From the NCBI GenBank assembly GCA_046300675.1, contig JBKCLO010000032.1, positions 26,773-90,772 of the forward strand: DNA of 64,000 nucleotides. Direction: 5' to 3'. The DNA is from Ignavibacteria bacterium. GTDB taxonomy: Bacteria > Bacteroidota > Ignavibacteria > Kapaibacteriales > Kapaibacteriaceae. Each line of letters begins with the position of its first letter. Within the stretch, counting starts at the first letter, position 1. Positions 18,645 to 26,698 of the stretch are shown piece after piece. A program made the position numbers and the translations under genes. The notes below the pieces were generated by a model. The model ran no database searches. It was given only the letters and a program-made list of their open reading frames with translations, and had not been told where the DNA came from.

Positions 18645-21600
18645 TTAGCGTACGAATACGATCTGCTGTGATGTAGTTGTTGTGCCATCAGATACACGTA
18701 CCGTGTAGATACCGTTTGGCAGTACAACGCCATTTGCAGAACCATTCCACTCAACCGAGTAAGCACCAGTATTGTACACTTCGTTTGCAAGCGTAACTAC
18801 GCGGTTTCCAATTGCATCGTAGATGTCTACAGAGACACGTGATGTTGTTGGGACTGTGAAGTTAACAGCAGTTGAAGTTGTAAATGGATTAGGTGCTGTT
18901 CCTGTGATAGCGAGTGTTGATGGTGTTTCTTCGCCGTTCTCAACATCTGTTGTGAAGTCGTACACAATGATGAAGCCTTCGATAGATGTCGACGTGATCA
19001 CAAGTGTGTCACACTCACCACCTACGCGATGTTGAACAGATGCGATAGAGCGACCTTCACCTGTCTTCATGTTGTATGCAAACAGTGCGCCGTTTGACTG
19101 ATCATCACGGATGTAATATGAACCTGGGTTCGATGCATCACGTGCTGGGATCTGGTTGCGGCACCATGAAAGCTTAACTGGATAGTATGAAGAACTTACA
19201 CCGTTTTCACCACCAGCCTGGAAGCGACCTTGGTAGATCGACTCTCCCGGCGTGTTTGAGAATGGGTGAATGTTGCGGATGATACCGTTACGTGTTGGAA
19301 TCGTCCAACGAGCATCAAATACATCGATGAATGGTACTGGTGGGAGTTCATACTCACAGTAGTTAGAATCCAGACGACCAAATGTTGCTGGTTCATCACC
19401 ACGTGTAGCGATCTCTGTACCACTTACACCGAACGTAAGTGTCTGCCATCCACCGATTGCATTCTCGATATATACGTCAGCAGCGAAACGGGTCTGTGCA
19501 GATACAGCTACCGAATATGTCAGTGTATCCTTTTCACCTTGACGGTCTGTCACTTCGATACGAACCTTGATGCGACCGTTTTCGATTGTACCCTGAAGAT
19601 TTGACGTGCTTACCGTTACCTCTTGTGTATCAGCAATCGGGCTTGAAAGCTTAGCAGGAGCAAATGTCCATGAACCAGCTGGCTCGATTACTGTGAAGGT
19701 GAGTTCCTCGTTACCAGCTTGCTTGCGAGCAAGGTCAATATCCGTTACACGGATCTTGTCTGTGTACTCGCGGCCAGCTTCAACACAACGGATGATAGGT
19801 GACTGCAGGAGATTTGGCTTGTGGTTGATAGCACGAACATTCAATGTATATGTCTTGATGTCGCGAAGACCACCAGCGTCAGTTACAAGTACTGTCACGT
19901 TAACAACAGTGTCAGAGTATGGAAGATCCGTTACCGTTGGCTTGCCATAGAGCAATCCGCTAGTTGGGTTAATCTTCAACCACTTTGGTGTTGATTTGCG
20001 GGCAGCATCAAAAACGATTTGACCAGCTTCCGTGAAGTACGGGTCTACTGCTACACTGTCACGCTGCTCATCGATGTAGATGAGTTCGTAGTTCTGAACC
20101 TGACCGAAGTTAGGATCGTAAACCTTGATGCGACGCGCTGAGTCAGTTAGTTGAACGTTGTAGTCCGTGTCTTCAATTGCATCCTCAAGATTTGCATCAA
20201 GAAGACGTGGTTGAACGTTAACGAACAAGCGACGTGTAAGCGTGTTGATTCCGCCATGACCATCGTTTACGAGGACGGACATTACTGTGTCAACATTCAT
20301 GTCGCCGTTAATTGGGCTACCTGGATCGAAATCATTAACTGGCTTCAGGAGGTCACGTGCAAGCAGACCGTCGATACGAATATCGATTTGTCCCTTTGTT
20401 GTGAAATCCTCACCAAATGGGCTTACCTGGCTTGGTTCGGCATACTTACGCATGAAACGTGTTGCCATCCAGCTTGGACGAGCCTGCACGATGTCATCAA
20501 GTGATGTCTCACCTGGTGTCTCACGAACAGATGTCGAAACGAAGCCGTATGCCGTCTTACCATAACGGAAGTCCCATGCACCATACTTCTTAACTACTGC
20601 GCGATTCGCATCAACAGCTGCTGCATCTTCAAACTCATCATCTGTGTTGATGTCTGCGCGGAAACGCAGTGAGTCAGTAAGGTTAGCAACAAAGTGGATG
20701 TTGAGTGAGTCATTGTAGTTGTTAGCAGGGTTGTTGTATTCTTCGTTCAGAATGTTGTTCGGGTTTGTACGAGTGTCAACAAACTTGCGACCAACACGTG
20801 ACGTTGTTGTCGTCAAACGAAGTGTATCGCGATACGTGCCCGTTGCTGCATCATATGCATCTGGATCCGTTGTTGTTGGATCAAGAACAACTGTGATGTC
20901 ACCACGAAGCATGTTCTGATATGTGAATGCTGCATTACCTGTTGCATTGTGGCGCCAGATAAACCGTGGCATTGAATCAACAACATGAATACGGAACTGG
21001 TACGATGTTGAATCCAACCAACCAAAGTTCACTGTGTCCTGCTGGAGATAGCGAGCATTTGTGTTCGATGGTGTCTGTTGGTCCTTAGGAAGCGACGCAT
21101 TGTCATACTGTTCTGCGTGGAAGTATGATGGATAGATGTATACCCAACGTGCGATGTCGCTTTCTGACCAGTTGTTCTTACGGAGTGAATCTACAAGTTC
21201 AACTGATGGCGGGAAGTTCTTAGCAACTACCTCAACCAACTCTCCACCTGGAACGATGTAAGGATTGATTGGACGACCACGGAACATGCGGTATCCGCGT
21301 GCTCCCCAGCTTGGGTTGTTGTTTGTTGCATTTGCGCGAATCAGTGTGTCACGCAACCAGTAACGAAGTCCACTATTGCCTGTCTTGATGTCCCAGAAGT
21401 AAGCAAGTTCTGCGTTGAATCCAGCATCTCTTACTACACGTGGGTCATAGAACTTGTTGATATCTACAGCAGTGATCGAGAAGATCGAGTCACGCTCATA
21501 CAGATCACGACCAGGGATTGGCTGGTTTGTGATGTCCGCTGGATAGCTAGGTGGTTCGTTGAACCAGCTACCGTTACCACCACCACGTGGAGATTGCGCA

Positions 21601-24600
21601 GCCGTTATCGGTGTGTACAGACGATTCTCTGTTACAAACACGCGGTTGCGATACTCTGGGTGAAGAAGTGGAGATGTTGGGAGTGTGTCAGCTGCACCAG
21701 TAAATACTGGTGGGTTCGTGTTGTTTCCAACTGTAAACGTCAGGCCGCCTAGCAGACCTGCAACTACACCATCAGACCAAAGAGCTGTACGGGAAACAAC
21801 TGTGACTTGGTCGCCATCACGCACTGGAAGTGCGCGATAACGCTCACCGGCATAGTATGTTTCGCTACCACCGTTTGATGTTGGAAGAGCTGGACGGTTA
21901 CCCAGGCGGAAGTTTGCGCCGCCAAGTTCGCCAAGTTGTGTTGAACCTTCCCAACGACGACCCTGGAGAGCTGAAGAATCTTCAGCAACTGCATTGTCTT
22001 CAAGGAAAGATAGAAGCGTTGCACCTGTTCCGTATGTGGCCAGACCTTCATATGCGCGGCGGATATTTGGATCGCCACCGTTCGAAGAATCTGGAACAAG
22101 TTCTACGGTTGCACGGTAGATCGAGTCAGTCAAGCCACGCTGCTTCATGTTTACGCGGATGAAGTCACCCGTGCGCTCATTGATAACGAAGAAGATCGAC
22201 TCATTGATTGAACGTGCGTCATTATTGCTGATTTCTGCTGAACCGCTGTAATCGATGCGAGACTCGAGGAATACAGGGTATCCAATAGGATGGTTACCAA
22301 CAAATTCCGTCTGTACAGCTGCAATGTCAGCGTGTGCGTCGGCATCGTAAGGATTACGTGTCATACGCTTTACATACTTCAAGTATGACGGCTGCGTAGG
22401 ATCTGAATAGATATCCAGATTTGGCGCAATACCTACAGCGAAGTCTTCGATTGGAGACATGCGACGGTTTGAATAGTCTGCCGTCTTAATGTCTGTACCC
22501 TTATCAAAGATGTCATAGATACGTCCAGCAAGGAGAAGCGTATCTGGAATTACACCAATTGCAATTGGGGTATATGTGTAGCGCCAGTCTGACTCGAAAG
22601 GACCCTGCTCCGTTGGGTTGGTTGAGCCAGTGCGAACAAATCGCATGTGCGTCTTACCATTACCAGCGATGAAGAATGTCTCTTGTACGCGACCAAATGA
22701 CGATGTGTTTGGTGTCTGTGGAAGGACAGTGTTGACGTTTGCTTCTGTGCGACCCCAGTAGTTACCGCGAAGCGTATCTACACCACCAAAACCAATACCT
22801 GTTGTTCCAGCAAGAACACCCTTAGTGTCTTGTGCATCTGGAAGACGAATAATAAAGCGCGCATCGTTGTCGTAAATCGAGTTCGAAGCGTAGCTATATG
22901 TTGACCAAGGAAGTGGACCTGTAACCTCGCCGAACAGTACCGCTCCTGCGAGATCACTTGAAGCTGCATTTGCTGCACCAACGAGTGGCCCATCAACAAC
23001 ATCCTGTACGCGACCAAGTGTTGATGTTGCCTTGTTGCCGGTAATCAAACAGCGAGCCATGGCAAGCTTGAGATCATAATTGTCAGAGTACATACCAGCG
23101 CCACTGAAAGCAACGTTATTCTGCATACGTACACGGTCAAAAGAGAACGTGTCTACGCGAACGCGGATGCTGTCCAAGATATAAAGTGCACCACCAAGAC
23201 CTGTACCGTTTTCACGAAGTGCAGTTCCTGGATGTGTGATCTTGATATCGCCACGCTGTGTTGTACCTGAACCCTGGCGACCAGGGTTAGCATATGCTTC
23301 ATTGTCGTAGAAACGTGTAAGCATGCGCTCATCTGCACGAGGCTGTTCTGTCTGGAACGTGAAGACATCATTACGTGGTGCGTATGATACAGCTGTACCA
23401 TTAGCATCATATGTGATGTTGTCCATGTCCGTAACCATGAAACGCTTGCGTGTAAGTGTATCTGGTGTTACAACCGCGATAGCACCACCGTTACCGTTCC
23501 ATACCTTGTTTGAGCGGAACTCAACACCCTTGACTACGTTAAGGTCTGCGTTGATCGTGTACAGAGCACCACCACCACGTACTTGGTCTGCAAGATTTGC
23601 AGCTACCTGACCTACGCGGTTGTTGAGGAAGTGACCACGAACAAAACGCAGTGTGCGGCGAGCGATAGGTAGATTCTGAGGAATCTGTACGCTGATAGCA
23701 CCACCCGAGAAGTTAGCTGTGTTGTTTTGGAATTCTACACCATAGTTGGTTCCGTAGATCCAGAGTGGACCCGATGTACCACCTGCACCGTACATATACA
23801 TGTTGCGTGCTGTGTATACGGCACCACCGTCGATCGATGCACGGTTATCACGGAACTTGATATTGAAACCATAGTTACGTGCGTTGATAATTCCATCTGA
23901 ACCACCAATCCATGGTGATACTGAATTGTCATTCGTGCCGTTTTCAACAAAGATGGCTCCACCACGACCTGACGAGTTGCCAATGAAGTGTGTTGGAGGA
24001 TTGTTGTCCAGGTTACCACGAACCTGAATCTGCCATGCTCCCGTTGAAGCATAGATGGCACCACCCTTAGAGAAGTTACCAACTGATGCTGCACCTGAAG
24101 ATGCGAGAGTTGTTATATATGGTGTTTCTGTGCGGTTCGTCGTGTAACGACCTGCAAAGATCACACTGGTTTGGTTGCCAACATAGATGGCTCCACCGCG
24201 TGCACCTTGTGATACTGCATTTCCGTTAGGCGTAGATGACTGGCGGTTCAACACGTAGTTGCTGTTGAACTCCATCGTGTCCTTGCCTTGGAAGTCGTTC
24301 ACACCGATACCAACAACCATTGGTGTGCGGCCTGAAACGTAAATGGCACCACCAAATGCTTCGTTCTTTTGTGAGCGGTTTGTGTTAGCAAACACTGTTG
24401 CTGCGCGGTCTGCATCTGTAACAACACGAATACCACCAACGCGCACTGTATCTACGTCTGAAAGAAGAACGTAGTTACCCGTAAAGCGTGACTGGCGGAT
24501 ACGGCCCAGATAAAGAGCAAGACGAGCATCGTCGTGTGACTGACGATCTACATCTGTCATTGTCTCAGCTGCTGCATCATAGATGTAGTCAGTGATCTTC

Positions 24601-25646
24601 AGTCCAGAAGCAATCGGGTCACCCGTAACAGGGCTTGTCATGAATGGGTTAACCGTAGCTGGATACGTAGGAAGGGCAGCTGTTGATGAGCTTGGGTAAA
24701 GCTGAAGAGCTGTTCCTGAATATGTATCAGCAGGTGCCTGAAGAATTTGGATGGCACCACCACGGAAACGCGACATGTTGTTGCGGAAGTTACATCCAAC
24801 GATCCACGTGCGTGACGAGAACGTTGTGATGGCACCACCACCACCGTTTGTTGCATCAAGAAGACCGGCATTTGCTGTCTCAGCTTGAGCGGCCGTAAAG
24901 ATCTGGCCGTTGCTGTTAGCAAGGTATACCGGACGGTTGTCTACTGTTGTGTCCTTGCGGAAGTTCACAAAGTCGACATCACGGAAGAAAGCCGCACCTG
25001 CGCCCGGAAGGACGACGATATGACCCCATTCGCGTGAGAATGTGTTTACGTCACCAGCCTTGAACGTGATACGTCCAGGTGTAACGTTGATACCAGCACC
25101 CGTCGGGCGGAACCATGCGTTCAAGCGGATGGCCGAGATGACCGATCCAAGCTCAAGGCGGGCTGCCTTATACATGATCGCCGCGGCAGGTGTCAAACCT
25201 TGGAGGTTGACATTCGTGCCGAGATTCACATTAAAGATCGTCGAATACTTCGATGGGTGAATCGTTGGTTCTGTTGAGATCGTCGATGTGACGACTCCCG
25301 CAGCACCGAAGTATGACAAGTCGTCATATCCAGTGTACGGTGGAACCAGCGGATTCACTGCAGTAGCATTGTACGTCGCAGACGCACGACCATCAGCAAT
25401 GATTCGACCACCTGTTGAGTCAACCAAACGACCGTTTGGCATAAACTCAACTGTTGTTCCGGGCTCGATTAGAAGCGTTCCACCAATGGTGTACGTGCCA
25501 CTAATACGATATACGGTGTCACGTACGAATACGCGAACCGCACCCGGAGGAAGACTACCACGGACCTCAACATAAGCCGCCTGGGCTACGTTAAACGCCG
25601 CGGTTAGCACAAGCAGCAAGCTGCTCAGACGAAACCAACGTTGCAT
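18645..25646 (-). CDS. Giant secreted adhesin-like protein (2333 aa): Pmp-type GGA[ILV] repeat beta-helix region, Ig-like modules and a T9SS CTD
   Basis: The ATG at 25646 (MQRWFRLSSLLLVLTAAFNVAQA) has GGAGG 4 nt upstream. There are 11 GGA[ILV] motifs between residues ~287 and ~840, several followed by FxxN. LKINPTSGLLYGKPTVTDL...VLVTDAGG indicates Ig/cadherin-like modules. C-terminus APNPFTTSTAVNF...NGIYTVRVSDGTTTTSQQIVFVR is the CTD. Confidence 0.9.
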   Translation of the reverse strand: MQRWFRLSSLLLVLTAAFNVAQAAYVEVRGSLPPGAVRVFVRDTVYRISGTYTIGGTLLIEPGTTVEFMPNGRLVDSTGGRIIADGRASATYNATAVNPLVPPYTGYDDLSYFGAAGVVTSTISTEPTIHPSKYSTIFNVNLGTNVNLQGLTPAAAIMYKAARLELGSVISAIRLNAWFRPTGAGINVTPGRITFKAGDVNTFSREWGHIVVLPGAGAAFFRDVDFVNFRKDTTVDNRPVYLANSNGQIFTAAQAETANAGLLDATNGGGGAITTFSSRTWIVGCNFRNNMSRFRGGAIQILQAPADTYSGTALQLYPSSSTAALPTYPATVNPFMTSPVTGDPIASGLKITDYIYDAAAETMTDVDRQSHDDARLALYLGRIRQSRFTGNYVLLSDVDTVRVGGIRVVTDADRAATVFANTNRSQKNEAFGGAIYVSGRTPMVVGIGVNDFQGKDTMEFNSNYVLNRQSSTPNGNAVSQGARGGAIYVGNQTSVIFAGRYTTNRTETPYITTLASSGAASVGNFSKGGAIYASTGAWQIQVRGNLDNNPPTHFIGNSSGRGGAIFVENGTNDNSVSPWIGGSDGIINARNYGFNIKFRDNRASIDGGAVYTARNMYMYGAGGTSGPLWIYGTNYGVEFQNNTANFSGGAISVQIPQNLPIARRTLRFVRGHFLNNRVGQVAANLADQVRGGGALYTINADLNVVKGVEFRSNKVWNGNGGAIAVVTPDTLTRKRFMVTDMDNITYDANGTAVSYAPRNDVFTFQTEQPRADERMLTRFYDNEAYANPGRQGSGTTQRGDIKITHPGTALRENGTGLGGALYILDSIRVRVDTFSFDRVRMQNNVAFSGAGMYSDNYDLKLAMARCLITGNKATSTLGRVQDVVDGPLVGAANAASSDLAGAVLFGEVTGPLPWSTYSYASNSIYDNDARFIIRLPDAQDTKGVLAGTTGIGFGGVDTLRGNYWGRTEANVNTVLPQTPNTSSFGRVQETFFIAGNGKTHMRFVRTGSTNPTEQGPFESDWRYTYTPIAIGVIPDTLLLAGRIYDIFDKGTDIKTADYSNRRMSPIEDFAVGIAPNLDIYSDPTQPSYLKYVKRMTRNPYDADAHADIAAVQTEFVGNHPIGYPVFLESRIDYSGSAEISNNDARSINESIFFVINERTGDFIRVNMKQRGLTDSIYRATVELVPDSSNGGDPNIRRAYEGLATYGTGATLLSFLEDNAVAEDSSALQGRRWEGSTQLGELGGANFRLGNRPALPTSNGGSETYYAGERYRALPVRDGDQVTVVSRTALWSDGVVAGLLGGLTFTVGNNTNPPVFTGAADTLPTSPLLHPEYRNRVFVTENRLYTPITAAQSPRGGGNGSWFNEPPSYPADITNQPIPGRDLYERDSIFSITAVDINKFYDPRVVRDAGFNAELAYFWDIKTGNSGLRYWLRDTLIRANATNNNPSWGARGYRMFRGRPINPYIVPGGELVEVVAKNFPPSVELVDSLRKNNWSESDIARWVYIYPSYFHAEQYDNASLPKDQQTPSNTNARYLQQDTVNFGWLDSTSYQFRIHVVDSMPRFIWRHNATGNAAFTYQNMLRGDITVVLDPTTTDPDAYDAATGTYRDTLRLTTTTSRVGRKFVDTRTNPNNILNEEYNNPANNYNDSLNIHFVANLTDSLRFRADINTDDEFEDAAAVDANRAVVKKYGAWDFRYGKTAYGFVSTSVRETPGETSLDDIVQARPSWMATRFMRKYAEPSQVSPFGEDFTTKGQIDIRIDGLLARDLLKPVNDFDPGSPINGDMNVDTVMSVLVNDGHGGINTLTRRLFVNVQPRLLDANLEDAIEDTDYNVQLTDSARRIKVYDPNFGQVQNYELIYIDEQRDSVAVDPYFTEAGQIVFDAARKSTPKWLKINPTSGLLYGKPTVTDLPYSDTVVNVTVLVTDAGGLRDIKTYTLNVRAINHKPNLLQSPIIRCVEAGREYTDKIRVTDIDLARKQAGNEELTFTVIEPAGSWTFAPAKLSSPIADTQEVTVSTSNLQGTIENGRIKVRIEVTDRQGEKDTLTYSVAVSAQTRFAADVYIENAIGGWQTLTFGVSGTEIATRGDEPATFGRLDSNYCEYELPPVPFIDVFDARWTIPTRNGIIRNIHPFSNTPGESIYQGRFQAGGENGVSSSYYPVKLSWCRNQIPARDASNPGSYYIRDDQSNGALFAYNMKTGEGRSIASVQHRVGGECDTLVITSTSIEGFIIVYDFTTDVENGEETPSTLAITGTAPNPFTTSTAVNFTVPTTSRVSVDIYDAIGNRVVTLANEVYNTGAYSVEWNGSANGVVLPNGIYTVRVSDGTTTTSQQIVFVR

Positions 25647-25736
25647 ACAACCTCCAGTTGTAAAAACCTTATACTTTAATTTTTTCACGTTTTTCATTTA
25701 CTCTAAATAGGAAAATGGCGAAACCGCCCGATTTTG

Positions 25737-26450
25737 CTAATCAATTGCCGTGCCAAGACGCGCCAAACCCGATTTTGCGGATGCGGCCACCTCTGACATT
25801 TCGAATCGTTTGACAATAATTCGGTACAATTCCTTTGCTTTCTCGTTGTTCTTCGCCTCTTCGTAGCATGCCGCAGCATTCAGGTAGCACTGCTCTTCCA
25901 GGCCCGAATCCTCCGCAAGCTTAGCAGCTTCTTCGTATTTCGAAGCCGCCTCGGCAAAGTTCTTGTTAAGCTCCATGGAGGCTGCAAGTCCTTGCATAGC
26001 ACCAACTTGGATCACAACAGCATTTGATGAAGCCGCCTTTTCAAACTGGACAGAAGCTTCCGCAGCCTTGCCAAGGTTGATATACGCATTTCCCGCCATC
26101 AATGCCGCCTGCTCTCCTGCTGCCGTACCAGAATACTCGTCACTGATCGCAACAAGCCCCTTGACCGGCTGACCGTCGATCGGAGGTAACCCTTGGGCCG
26201 TGAGAGCTAAATCATACTGCCCCATGTCGTAGGCCATTCTCACACGTGAGAGGTGTGTCAGACCTTCGATGTTTAATTCGTTGTTCTGATAGTCCATGTA
26301 GAAGTAACCTGCAACGATCACCACTACTGCACCAACCACACCGGCAACAATCTTCCACTGTTTTGTGAAGAAGTCTACCGCTGCATCAGTGGCCGCAGGG
26401 CCCGTAGATACAGGGGTTTCGGTGATGTTGTCTATGTCTTCTGTGCTCAT
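25737..26450 (-). CDS. Single-pass membrane protein with a TPR-like C-terminal domain (YfgM-like architecture)
   Basis: The ATG at 26450 (MSTEDIDN) has GGAG 4 nt upstream. One TM helix (IVAGVVGAVVVIVAGYFY), followed by Ala-rich helical repeats typical of TPR-like proteins. Confidence 0.72.
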   Translation of the reverse strand: MSTEDIDNITETPVSTGPAATDAAVDFFTKQWKIVAGVVGAVVVIVAGYFYMDYQNNELNIEGLTHLSRVRMAYDMGQYDLALTAQGLPPIDGQPVKGLVAISDEYSGTAAGEQAALMAGNAYINLGKAAEASVQFEKAASSNAVVIQVGAMQGLAASMELNKNFAEAASKYEEAAKLAEDSGLEEQCYLNAAACYEEAKNNEKAKELYRIIVKRFEMSEVAASAKSGLARLGTAID

Positions 26451-26698
26451 GCACTCCTCAAATTCTGTACTGGCCGTAGCGTGATTACTATGACCCAAAA
26501 GCAAGCCTACTTACTTCACGCAATGATGCATACACACGTAGGTACACACCCCGCGGAGTGAAATGGACATGCAAATATAGGTGGTGGGGGGCTTCCCACC
26601 AAAGAGAAATATGAACAGGATTATTTGGGGTAAATGTTTCTTAACAATTAGGGTTACAGACGATATCCACACCCTAAACCAGTGTGTTATTCACACAC

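Noticed and set aside
18569-18790. The 74-aa N-terminal extension of ORF 16526-18790 given in the track.
   Set aside because: It would run through the hairpin terminator (18611-18632) and overlap the giant gene's 3' end. The internal ATG at 18568 has a GGAG SD and is immediately followed by a canonical signal peptide.
25647-25697. The upstream start MKNVKKLKYKVFTTGGC for the giant gene.
   Set aside because: The ATG at 25646 is preceded by GGAGG at ideal spacing and begins a canonical signal peptide. The extension has no SD and would bury the signal peptide.
26451-26698. Possible oriC. Two 8/9 DnaA-box-like words in the same orientation, ATATCCACA (26663-26671) and TTATTCACA (26687-26695), plus an AT-rich patch in a 248-nt gap.
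   Set aside because: With one mismatch allowed, about a dozen such 9-mers are expected by chance in 64 kb on both strands (28/4^9 per position, assuming uniform composition). I saw no perfect box, no box cluster of 4 or more, and no adjacent dnaA/dnaN. The gap is adequately explained as a terminator-plus-promoter region between the E1 gene and the TPR gene. A genome-wide DnaA-box and GC-skew analysis would settle it.
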